Shown: positions 7,895 through 16,209 of the stretch, piece after piece
Position numbering within the stretch: the stretch's first letter is position 1
Layout of the letters: each line of letters starts with the position of its first letter
NCBI GenBank assembly: GCA_944376205.1
Contig: CALWBV010000003.1
Span: 24,059 to 88,058 of the forward strand
Direction: 5' to 3'
DNA length: 64,000 nt
DNA from: an uncultured Christensenellaceae bacterium
Lineage (GTDB): Bacteria; Bacillota; Clostridia; Christensenellales; UBA3700
Notes under the pieces: model-generated
The model's input: the letters and a program-made list of their open reading frames with translations, nothing else
Databases searched by the model: none
Told to the model about the DNA's origin: nothing
Position numbers and translations under genes: made by a program

Positions 7895-9595
7895 TTATTT
7901 TTCTTCATCCATTGCACTAAACAAATCATAATACGTGTTGTATTTGTCGAGTTTTAATCCATCTACAGTTACTTCATTATAATCTTGGCTATCATAATTT
8001 GTTTTTACCGCACTTAAAATAGCATCTATTACTTCTAGATTTGTTTGATCTTTGCCATTGTTATTATATTTAAATGATGTTGTAAATTCTGAACCATCAA
8101 CATTAACAATAACAGCAGAAATTTCATAATCATTTTTGCTGCCTATCATTGCTCTTGCAATGTCATTATTTGAAAGATATACATTATTAACTTCATAAAA
8201 TTCTCTTAAATTAGAATAATCAGTATAAGTCATTAAACTTTCATTACTAATGTCTGAGATGATTTTTTGCAATTCTCCATCAGTCATTTCATTATCATCA
8301 AGATAATCTTTAATATTTTGGACACTTGCAATTTGCAGACAATTAATCGTTTCAACTAATCCATCCACAATTGAATGTCTTACAGAATAAATTTTTATAT
8401 TATTTATTTCCGCATTAAAATTTATTATTACCTTTTTAACTTTAGAGTTGTTTGGCGAAATATTTGTAAAATCTATTTTTGTTAATTGTTGTTCTTCAAA
8501 TGTTTTTACCAAATACTCTTGTACAGATTGTTCAATCAAATTTAAATCGTTAAGTAAAATATCAGAATATTCTTTAGCAATAGTTGATTGATTTACAAGA
8601 GAAGGAATATCACTGCTTGATAGATCAATATTGGCAAATAAATTTTCCATATATTGTTCTATTATTTCTTGTTCAAGTTCCTTTCCATCATCAGCGCCTA
8701 AAATTTCTTCTGCACTTTTTGGCAACTTGCTAACATCTGCGACAATTTCTTCTTTAGTGAACTTTTCAAAAGCGTTTTTATATATTTCTAAACGCTTTAG
8801 CGCTTCTTCTCCATTTACTTTTGCGTTCCAATTTGCAGAAGCTTTAACTAATGAATTAATTTTATTTTTAACATCGTTTTGCGCTTCAGTAATATTTTGA
8901 ACGTAATCTTCTTTAATTACATTTATTTCTTTATCATATGTGTTAATTTGAGAATTAATAGCTGAAGCAATACTCCAAATCCCCCCTACTGTTGCAGCCA
9001 CAGCAACAACTGTCGATAAAGTGATCAGAGTTGCGTTAGTTTTTGGAAAATATAAATATAATGCTTTGTTGAGTAATAAATTCCAAACAGTCAATCCGCT
9101 TTCAAGATCATCTAAACTGCAAAACAATGTCTTTGCTTTTGTTTTTCCTGATTTGAATATAATATCTTGAGTTGTTTTATGAATAAGCTTAAGTAATTGT
9201 TTTTCATTATTTTTATCAAAATATTCTATTTCTAATTCGGCTTGTTTCTTTGATTTTACTTTTGGGGTATTATCTTTGTTAAGTTTACCAGTATTAACCT
9301 TTACTTCTCCATGGCGAATAAAAGTTATTGCCTTGTCAAAATCATCCTTTGACAAACGTGAAATATATTCACCATTTTTCAAATAAATACTATTTTTTAC
9401 AGCATATTCTAAATTGTCTATATTGTCTTCAATAATCTCTTTTGTTTTTTGTAATGTTGACTTAAATGTTTTGCTTTTTATGAGTCCTTCAAGATTTTCT
9501 CTGAGCTTTTTTATAGTAACTAAATACTCTTCGATAACTTTATTTTTTCTTTCCTCTTCTTTATCGTATTTTAACCAACCAAGTTCTTTTGCCAT
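7895..9595 (-). CDS. orphan hypothetical protein, 566 aa, N/K/I/E-rich, one central TM segment followed by a predicted coiled coil
   Basis: Uninterrupted ORF with a strong RBS (AAAAGGAGAG, 4 nt, ATG) and its own terminator. TM segment LITLSTVVAVAATVGGIWSIASAI. Heptad-like stretch NSQINTYDKEINVIKEDYVQNITEAQNDVKNKINSL. Visibly more AT-rich than the flanks. No domain recognised. Confidence 0.75.
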   Translation of the reverse strand: MAKELGWLKYDKEEERKNKVIEEYLVTIKKLRENLEGLIKSKTFKSTLQKTKEIIEDNIDNLEYAVKNSIYLKNGEYISRLSKDDFDKAITFIRHGEVKVNTGKLNKDNTPKVKSKKQAELEIEYFDKNNEKQLLKLIHKTTQDIIFKSGKTKAKTLFCSLDDLESGLTVWNLLLNKALYLYFPKTNATLITLSTVVAVAATVGGIWSIASAINSQINTYDKEINVIKEDYVQNITEAQNDVKNKINSLVKASANWNAKVNGEEALKRLEIYKNAFEKFTKEEIVADVSKLPKSAEEILGADDGKELEQEIIEQYMENLFANIDLSSSDIPSLVNQSTIAKEYSDILLNDLNLIEQSVQEYLVKTFEEQQLTKIDFTNISPNNSKVKKVIINFNAEINNIKIYSVRHSIVDGLVETINCLQIASVQNIKDYLDDNEMTDGELQKIISDISNESLMTYTDYSNLREFYEVNNVYLSNNDIARAMIGSKNDYEISAVIVNVDGSEFTTSFKYNNNGKDQTNLEVIDAILSAVKTNYDSQDYNEVTVDGLKLDKYNTYYDLFSAMDEEK

Positions 9596-9728
9596 AATTC
9601 TCTCCTTTTATGGCTATATTATATTTATTTTAACATAAAGATTTTATTTTGTAAAGTTATTAAAAAGTAATTCGCCGATGTAAAAAAACGTTTTTATGCG
9701 TTAACTTTAGTATAATTTGCCTTATTTC

Positions 9729-9759
9729 AAAAATCGCCCGTATGACGGGATGACGGGCG
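9729..9759 (-). terminator. terminator-like hairpin on the minus strand at the right edge of the AT-rich segment
   Basis: cgcccgt (9735-9741) pairs with acgggcg (9753-9759). The arm is duplicated in tandem (tgacggga tgacgggc). The A5 run at 9729-9733 gives a U-tract on the minus strand. No minus-strand gene lies directly upstream of it. Confidence 0.4.
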
Positions 9760-9868
9760 GAGGTTTATTCTCTTATCAAGCGCAGGAGTCGTCTGGATTG
9801 AATAGCCTGCAATTGCGCCAATGTATAAATTCTTCAAAATCCGACAAAATATTAATCGGAGGTTAATT

Positions 9869-10243
9869 ATGCAGTTTATACAAAACGTCGATTGTGCGCC
9901 GTGCGCATTAATCGAGCAAAACGATGAGAGCGTAAGACAGAATATAATATCCGAACTGGCAAAGAGTGATAAAATAGAGTTTTGCAATATGGCGGTTTGC
10001 GGTTCGAGAGCGATTATCGGCGTAATACCTTATCCTTTATTTTCTAGAAGCGAAAGAGAAGAGCTCGAGAGGGCTATTGCAAAAGAAGCTTATTCGCTGT
10101 ACGATTTTGACGAAGTAGTTATATCTTTCGATACCGATGTTATCTATTGTCTTTCAAAGTCTGACGGGACTGATATGGAAAAGAAAGTTTTTGACGATTT
10201 GTTCGAAAGCGTTAAAAACCGCAGAAGCGTAAGCGTTCAGTGA
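9869..10243 (+). CDS. hypothetical protein, 124 aa (weak resemblance to the YhcN/YlaJ domain pattern; no signal peptide)
   Basis: GGAGG RBS 7 nt before ATG 9869 (track start 9821 rejected). Ordinary local composition. Followed by the terminator at 10358-10406. Confidence 0.55.
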   Translation: MQFIQNVDCAPCALIEQNDESVRQNIISELAKSDKIEFCNMAVCGSRAIIGVIPYPLFSRSEREELERAIAKEAYSLYDFDEVVISFDTDVIYCLSKSDGTDMEKKVFDDLFESVKNRRSVSVQ

Positions 10244-10357
10244 TTTTTCGGCGTATTCAGAAATCTTTTTTTTGTCGGATATTGTATTTATCAGATTACA
10301 ATTTGTCCGATAAATCATTGAACACGCTTTTGCATGTCACAAAAATTGATATAAAAT

Positions 10358-10406
10358 ACGGCAGGGAAGTACAAATAATTCTCAAAAAAACTTCCTTGCC
10401 GTTTTT
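10358..10406. terminator. bidirectional intrinsic terminator (hypothetical gene on +, ribU on -)
   Basis: 12-bp stem acggcagggaag/cttccttgccgt (one G-U), a 19-nt loop, and T-runs on both strands. Confidence 0.65.
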
Positions 10407-10566
10407 GTTTGTCTAGATATATTCGGGTATTGGTTGACGATGTATAACAACCTGAATATCGTCACTCAAAGCCGTGTTTTCATTATTTGCCTCGGCATAT
10501 CGAATTAAATGAAAATGTCGGTTGCTTGGGTATTGTATGCAGATACCAAAAGATAAGCGCTTGACG

Positions 10567-11325
10567 TCAGTTATTTTTAGATGTATCAGTATCGGAAATC
10601 TTTGTTTCGGATATGTTGTCTTGTGAAGCGTTTTGAGTATCTTCGGTGTTATTTTTCAAATTCTCGCTATTGTCGTCGATATCTTTTTCTATATTCGAAG
10701 AATCGCTTTTGCGGGGCGATTTAGAGAATTTTACGAGTACACCTTGCAGAGGTTTTGCGATTATCACTGCCATAACGCTTATGATTGCGCATTTTAAGAA
10801 CGTATAAGGCATATTGAATATTGCAAGTACTTCCCAAAGACCATTGGACGAAGGACGGATTTGTTGATACATTCCGATTATCGCCGTCATAGGCAAGAGG
10901 AATTTGTCATACAGAGGATATACTATCAAAGCGTTGAGAACGAGTCCTGCGAAAAATCCGCTTACCACGCTACCGACTGCGAGACCGAGAATAAGCCCTT
11001 TGTAGTTGGGGATTTTTTTGTATATTAGAGAAAAGGGGAGGATCATGCAAAGGCAAACGAAAAAGTCTGCCATATCTCCGATGCCGCCTGTTGCGCCGAA
11101 GCCCTTAAAAATAAGATGAATCAAATCCTTAAAAAGCGCAATTGTAATTCCGCTTAAAGGACCGAGTGCCACGCTGCCGATAAGACAGGGTAACAGTGAG
11201 AAATCAAACTGTATAAACGTGGGCATAAGGGGAACGGGCATTTCCCAAAAATACAGAACGCTTGCCATAGCGGCAAGAATAGCCGTGGTAGCAAGCCACT
11301 TGCTTCTAGAAATTGAATTATTCAT
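10567..11325 (-). CDS. ribU: riboflavin ECF-transporter substrate-specific (S) component with a 55-aa low-complexity C-terminal tail
   Basis: Six hydrophobic helices typical of ECF S components. Sits directly behind an FMN riboswitch. Tail: SKSPRKSDSSNIEKDIDDNSENLKNNTEDTQNASQDNISETKISDTDTSKNN. Confidence 0.8.
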   Translation of the reverse strand: MNNSISRSKWLATTAILAAMASVLYFWEMPVPLMPTFIQFDFSLLPCLIGSVALGPLSGITIALFKDLIHLIFKGFGATGGIGDMADFFVCLCMILPFSLIYKKIPNYKGLILGLAVGSVVSGFFAGLVLNALIVYPLYDKFLLPMTAIIGMYQQIRPSSNGLWEVLAIFNMPYTFLKCAIISVMAVIIAKPLQGVLVKFSKSPRKSDSSNIEKDIDDNSENLKNNTEDTQNASQDNISETKISDTDTSKNN

Positions 11326-11332
11326 AAAAGTA

Positions 11333-11454
11333 TCCTTTTCCTATCCAGACTATACTGTCGGTACAAGAATTTCACTTGTTCGGCGCCGTATAAAAAAATT
11401 TGCGGCGTTTGCGGACTTTACCGCCGGTGAGGAATTTCACCTGCCCTCAAAGAA
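11333..11454 (-). promoter_or_regulatory. FMN riboswitch (RFN element) controlling ribU
   Basis: The minus strand reads ..gagggcaggtgaaattcctcaccggcggtaaagtccgc...gaacaagtgaaattcttgtaccgacagtatagtctggataggaaaagga, matching the RFN core. The 3' strand of P1 (aaagga) is also the ribU Shine-Dalgarno, 8 nt before the ATG. Confidence 0.9.
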
Positions 11455-11470
11455 TTATTTGATTATCGAC

Positions 11471-11499
11471 ATTATAATTTAATTGCAAATTAATGTCAA
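11471..11499 (-). promoter_or_regulatory. consensus sigma-A promoter for the FMN riboswitch and ribU
   Basis: On the minus strand: TTGACA (11499-11494), 17 nt, TATAAT (11476-11471). Confidence 0.8.
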
Positions 11500-11511
11500 G
11501 TGTAATATAAT
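11483..11511 (+). promoter_or_regulatory. promoter of tsaE, interdigitated back-to-back with the ribU promoter
   Basis: TTGCAA (11483-11488), 17 nt, TATAAT (11506-11511). Confidence 0.65.
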
Positions 11512-11588
11512 AAATCATAGAAAATACGTATTTACAGGGCATGACGGACTGTAAAAAGCATATGGACAAAACGGTGGAGATTTTACGG

Positions 11589-12005
11589 ATGATTAAGTTT
11601 ACGGCAAAAAACATAGAAGATACGGATGCGCTTGCAGCAAGGATAGCCGAAAAGTTAAAAGGGGGAGAGATTATTCTTCTCAACGGCAATCTCGGCGCCG
11701 GAAAGACAACTTTTACCAAGGGACTTGCAAAGGCGCTCGGCGTAGACGAGGTAGTCACTTCTCCCACGTTTACTTTTATGAAGGAATATCACGGAAGGCT
11801 TGATCTGTATCACTTTGATATGTATAGAGTTGAGGACGAAGACGAGCTTTACGAACTCGGTCTCAATGAGTATTTATACATGAGGGGCGTATGCGTCATC
11901 GAGTGGAATAAATTCAAAGATATTAAGAATTACATAAGGATAGATATACACGTTTGCGATGACGGAGAAACGAGAGAATTTCTCATCGACAATATAGATT
12001 TGTAA
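11589..12005 (+). CDS. tsaE: tRNA t6A37 biosynthesis ATPase TsaE
   Basis: P-loop GNLGAGKTTFTKG, then SPTFT and YHFDMYR motifs. Start set at ATG 11589 (GGTGGAG RBS). The track start 11541 remains possible. Confidence 0.85.
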   Translation: MIKFTAKNIEDTDALAARIAEKLKGGEIILLNGNLGAGKTTFTKGLAKALGVDEVVTSPTFTFMKEYHGRLDLYHFDMYRVEDEDELYELGLNEYLYMRGVCVIEWNKFKDIKNYIRIDIHVCDDGETREFLIDNIDL

Positions 12006-12380
12006 TATAGATTATCAACGTTTTTCTGTCTGATACAAAATCTTTGAAAATGGCGTTTTCAGATAATAGAAAAATGACTTATCGAAGAAGGGGAGCGGAC
12101 GTTTTAGTCAATGCAAAAATCTTGAGATCAAACGCACGATTTGATTCTTAACACGGCAGCTTGAATATGTTGTATGCAGATATGTTGAAATTTGCAGATG
12201 ACAAAATGCAAAATGCGCATATATGCAAAAAGGGGAATATACTTCTAAATTAACTGCACTTTATTCTAAATTAAGTCAAGAGTTAGAATAATTTGCTCAA
12301 AATAGAAAATATACGGCTGAATATTTACACAAATCAAACTAAATTATAATTAATCGCCGAAAAGGATAAATTGACAGAAT

Positions 12381-12983
12381 ATGAAAATACTTGTTGTTGA
12401 TACTACATTCGATAATATGTGCATAGCATGCTTCAACGGAGAAAAAACATTCTCTTACGTCTCATGCGAAAACAGTAAAAAACACAACTCCATGATTATG
12501 CCTTCAATAGACGAATTGCTTGATCGTGCAGGAATGGAAATAGGCAATGTCGATTATTTCGGTTGCGTTGTAGGACCGGGGTCTTTTACGGGTATCAGAA
12601 TAGGAGTAGCTACCGTCAAAGCACTGTCTTTTGCGAGCGGCAAAAAATGCGTTTCAATCACTTCGTTCGAAGAGCTTGCATACGGTGAAGAAAGTCAAAA
12701 ATTTTATACGGCAATCGATTGCCGACACGATTCTTATTATGTGGCAAGATTTGAAAATTTTTCTCTTGTACCTGTATTTGTCGGTGAGATGAGTAAAGAT
12801 CAACTCGATAAAGAAAACTGCAAAGTTATTTTCAAAACGCAAGCAGCCGACGCAGATAAATTGATTGCGCTATCTAAAGACAAAATCGAGGCAAACGACT
12901 TTTCAGAGCTTATGCCGTACTATCTTAAAAAGTCGCAGGCAGAGCGTGAATATGAATTAAAGAATATGGACAAAACGGTTTAA
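12381..12983 (+). CDS. tsaB: tRNA t6A37 biosynthesis protein TsaB
   Basis: ILVVDTT... and GPGSFTGIRIGVATVKAL motifs; lies between tsaE and rimI. Confidence 0.85.
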   Translation: MKILVVDTTFDNMCIACFNGEKTFSYVSCENSKKHNSMIMPSIDELLDRAGMEIGNVDYFGCVVGPGSFTGIRIGVATVKALSFASGKKCVSITSFEELAYGEESQKFYTAIDCRHDSYYVARFENFSLVPVFVGEMSKDQLDKENCKVIFKTQAADADKLIALSKDKIEANDFSELMPYYLKKSQAEREYELKNMDKTV

Positions 12984-12990
12984 TTTTGTT

Positions 12991-13443
12991 ATGTTGGAAA
13001 ATATTGTATTTTGCGATTTGAGAGAAGAAAATCTCGATGAAGTTTTTGCGATAGAAAGAGAAAATATTCTCGAGGCTTGGTCGATGAAAAATCTGCACTC
13101 GCTCATCGGAGACGAAAAGGCAAGAGCGAGAGTGGGAATATACGACGGCAAAGTAATTTGTTATTACAGTTATTATGCAATAGCAGGAGAGGGCTTTATC
13201 AATAATCTTGCCGTCGATAAAAATTTTCAGCACATGGGCGTCGGTAAAAAAATGATGGCTGACATGATTTCATGCGCAAAGAAGGATTTGTTGGATTCGT
13301 TGACTTTGGAAGTCGAAGAAGACAATCAAGCGGCTATTGTGCTTTATAAATCCGCCGGCTTTGTCGAAGAGGGCAGAAGACGAGCTTTTTACAAGAATAA
13401 AAAAGACGCTATAATAATGTGGTTGAGAGATATTTGCAGGTGA
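12991..13443 (+). CDS. rimI: ribosomal-protein-alanine N-acetyltransferase (GNAT)
   Basis: GNAT motif A (LAVDKNFQHMGVGKKMM), 150 aa, canonical tsaB-rimI adjacency. Confidence 0.8.
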   Translation: MLENIVFCDLREENLDEVFAIERENILEAWSMKNLHSLIGDEKARARVGIYDGKVICYYSYYAIAGEGFINNLAVDKNFQHMGVGKKMMADMISCAKKDLLDSLTLEVEEDNQAAIVLYKSAGFVEEGRRRAFYKNKKDAIIMWLRDICR

Positions 13444-13616
13444 ATAAAAATTATCTTCAACACTCAATGACTGAAAAAATTTTTATTTTAATTATTACTG
13501 TCGATAAAGTATTAGCATTATAATATAGACGTGCAGCAAAAAAAGCAGTATCTAAATCAAAAGAATAGTTATTCAATCATAGATATTCGATTTTATTTTA
13601 GTGACTGATATTCAAT

Positions 13617-13642
13617 ATGACGGATTTGATCCGTCATTTTTT
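13617..13642 (+). terminator. intrinsic terminator of tsaB-rimI
   Basis: atgacgga-tttga-tccgtcat followed by T6. Confidence 0.8.
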
Positions 13643-13787
13643 ATGCGTTTTGCTTCAAAATCCTCATTATCCGGTTTTTATACTCAATTCTGACAAAAGC
13701 GCCTTTCAACGGGTGTTTGTATAAGTTTATGTCACAATATTCAGATATTGATTAATATAATATTTTAAGAAGACATGGGAGGCGCTT

Positions 13788-14489
13788 ATTCTCAATCATA
13801 TAATTTCAGGCAAAGGCAAAGATATAATATTTCTCCACGGTTGGGGAGGAAGTACGGAGAGTTTCAGAGGAGCGGCGGAGTACTTTTGCGACAGATACAG
13901 ATGTACTCTCGTGGATTTTTACGGATTCGGCAAAACTCCCGCAACAAAACCGCTCACCTTGTACGATTATGCAGACGGGGTGAAGGAGCTTATCTCGGCA
14001 TACGGAATGAAAGAAGTTGTGCTTGTAGGTCATTCTTTCGGCGGAAGAGTGGCGATTTTGCTTGCCGCAACTTTGGAGTGCGTAAAAGCCGTCGTGCTAG
14101 TAGACAGTGCGGGCATGAAACCCAAACGCACTTTCAAAAAAACTTTGAGACAGCTGAATTATAAATTCAGGCGTGCATTCAAAATTGACGTATCGAAGTG
14201 TGGATCCGAAGATTACAGGGCGCTTGACGACGTGATGAAGATTACATTCAAAAACGTAGTAAATCTTTATCTCGACGATCTTTTGCCTGCCGTAAATTGT
14301 CCTGCGTTGATTATATGGGGCAGATACGACAAGGATACGCCTCTTTATATGGCAAAGAGATTGAAAAAGGGGATTAAGGACAGCGGATTAATCATATTAG
14401 AGGGAGGACATTATAGCTATCTGGACGATTACGGGACGTTTCTTGCGGTGCTGGACAGCTATTTCAGAGATATATGCAGACAGAAGTAA
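13788..14489 (+). CDS. alpha/beta-fold hydrolase; the conserved N-terminus lies upstream of any canonical start codon (proposed ATT start)
   Basis: Nucleophile elbow GHSFGG. The in-frame upstream sequence encodes ..ILNHIISGKGKDIIFLHGWGGS (oxyanion HGxGG motif) back to the stop at 13767, with no ATG/GTG/TTG. GGGAGG (13777-13782) lies 5 nt before ATT 13788. Confidence 0.6.
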   Translation: MLNHIISGKGKDIIFLHGWGGSTESFRGAAEYFCDRYRCTLVDFYGFGKTPATKPLTLYDYADGVKELISAYGMKEVVLVGHSFGGRVAILLAATLECVKAVVLVDSAGMKPKRTFKKTLRQLNYKFRRAFKIDVSKCGSEDYRALDDVMKITFKNVVNLYLDDLLPAVNCPALIIWGRYDKDTPLYMAKRLKKGIKDSGLIILEGGHYSYLDDYGTFLAVLDSYFRDICRQK

Positions 14490-16090
14490 TAATTCTTGTA
14501 GCGGCAGCCTATCTTGCGCTTGCTGTGGTATTGTCGCTCAGGATAATAAATCTGGTACAACTTGAGGGGTACAAACTCGTTAATTCACGCAAAATGAAAG
14601 CTTTGAGACTCAAATTCTGGGGCGGAGCGTTTTGCATAACCCTGTGCAATTTGCTTTTTTTGTTTATAGCAATTGCCGTAGGCAATCCTTACATACAGCT
14701 TGCGGTGCAGGGGCTGTATATCGTTATTCTTTTGGTCAGTCTTACAGACGAAAGAGACAAGTGTATTCATCAGCCGTTGGTATTTACGGCAAGAGCAAGG
14801 CGGCTCATAGCGACATACGCTTTTTTTGCGGCATTGTGCATTGCTGCGACGGTGACTGCGGGTTGTTTTATACGTTCGGGAGATGTATGGGCGTGTTTTA
14901 TATTCATACCGTTAGCAATGGCGCTTTTGCCCGAGTACGTTGCGCTTGCGCTTTTAGCCAACAGACCTATGGAAAAATTCATAGCGAAAAGGTATGTTGC
15001 CAAATGCAAGCAGAAGCTTCAGTCTATGCGTATCGTCAAGATAGGTATCACGGGTAGTTTTGCAAAGACCAGCGTCAAGAATATTCTCACCACTATACTC
15101 GGTGAAAAGTATCGCACATACTGCACTCCGCACAATTATAATACGCCTATGGGTATATGCAAGGCAGTAGCCGAGATGCCTGAAGATACGGAAGTATTCG
15201 TTGCGGAAATGGGTGCAAGACATCAGGGCGATATTGCAGAGCTTTGCGACATAGTAAAGCCTAATTACGGTATTGTCACGGGGGTCGGGAATCAGCATCT
15301 CTCCATGTTCAAATCGCAAGAGAGGATATACGAGACAAAAAAGGAACTCAACGACTATATAGAAACGCGCGGAGGTGAGGGAATTGTTTTCAACGGCGAC
15401 AACGCTTTTACCGAAAAGATGTATTCGGTCAGCAGTGTCAGAGAAAAAACTCTTATATCTTCTTCACGGTGCGAAAATCACGGAGAAGACAGCGCTTATA
15501 TAAGGATAGACAATGCTGTATATGACAGCGACGGGATAAAATTTACGCTTTATATAGGCAAAGAGAAAGCGGAGTGTTCGACAAGACTTATTGGAAAACA
15601 CAATCTTACCAATATACTCATGTGCGTTGCAATGGCGTACAAACTCAATCTCGATATACGCCAGATTGCCAAAGGAATATCCAAACTGTCTCCCGTCGAA
15701 CACCGTCTCGAAGTTATGAGGCTTGCAAGCGGAGTGACGATAATAGACGACAGTTACAACAGTAACTTCGAGGGGGCAAAACTCGCTATCGAGACTTTGG
15801 GAATGTTCAAAGGCAGAAAGGTCGTTGCTACGCAAGGACTTGTGGAACTCGGCAGAGAGCAGATAAAACTCAACTTCGAACTCGGCGAATGTATAGCGGA
15901 AACAGCCGATATAGCAATTCTGATAGGAGTCAACAGAGAAGATTTGAGAATGGGTATGCTTGCAAAGGGCTTTTGCGACAAAAATATTTATACGGTCGAG
16001 CACCTTGACGGAGCAAAGGAAATTTTTTCGGGGATACTCAAAAGCGGCGACGTGCTTCTTATACAAAACGATCTGCCGGATAATTATTGA
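14474..16090 (+). CDS. murF: Mur ligase of the MurF family (UDP-MurNAc-tripeptide--D-Ala-D-Ala ligase) with an N-terminal membrane domain of about 180 aa and 5 TM helices
   Basis: Ligase core GITGSFAKTS, NYNTPMG, AEMGARHQGDIAELC, VTGVGNQHL. Directly followed by ddl. The N-terminus has five hydrophobic helices instead of the usual soluble domain 1. It overlaps the hydrolase gene by 16 nt. Confidence 0.75.
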   Translation: MQTEVIILVAAAYLALAVVLSLRIINLVQLEGYKLVNSRKMKALRLKFWGGAFCITLCNLLFLFIAIAVGNPYIQLAVQGLYIVILLVSLTDERDKCIHQPLVFTARARRLIATYAFFAALCIAATVTAGCFIRSGDVWACFIFIPLAMALLPEYVALALLANRPMEKFIAKRYVAKCKQKLQSMRIVKIGITGSFAKTSVKNILTTILGEKYRTYCTPHNYNTPMGICKAVAEMPEDTEVFVAEMGARHQGDIAELCDIVKPNYGIVTGVGNQHLSMFKSQERIYETKKELNDYIETRGGEGIVFNGDNAFTEKMYSVSSVREKTLISSSRCENHGEDSAYIRIDNAVYDSDGIKFTLYIGKEKAECSTRLIGKHNLTNILMCVAMAYKLNLDIRQIAKGISKLSPVEHRLEVMRLASGVTIIDDSYNSNFEGAKLAIETLGMFKGRKVVATQGLVELGREQIKLNFELGECIAETADIAILIGVNREDLRMGMLAKGFCDKNIYTVEHLDGAKEIFSGILKSGDVLLIQNDLPDNY

Positions 16091-16209
16091 ACGTAGAAGC
16101 TTTTAGCGGGGTTAAAACAAGCGGATTTGAGCCGCAGAGCATGTTTAACGAATTATCCGAGCGGCTTAAGAATATATTTTAATATATTCAGTATTTTAAG
16201 GAGGAGAGT

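Noticed and set aside
7751-9737. Possible att-like direct repeats flanking the AT-rich segment: ccgatgcgttatg...tttcaaaaagcg at 7751-7780 versus ccgatg...atgcgtta...tttcaaaaatcg at 9675-9736
   Set aside because: The matches are short, interrupted and AT-rich, so chance similarity is plausible. There is no integrase or tRNA target. They are noted only as something to test if the empty site is found in a relative.
13775-14164. 129-aa ORF starting at the only ATG near the hydrolase 5' end
   Set aside because: It is in the wrong frame. It encodes an R/Q/S-rich nonsense peptide and overlaps the true alpha/beta hydrolase frame, which carries the HGWGG and GHSFGG motifs.
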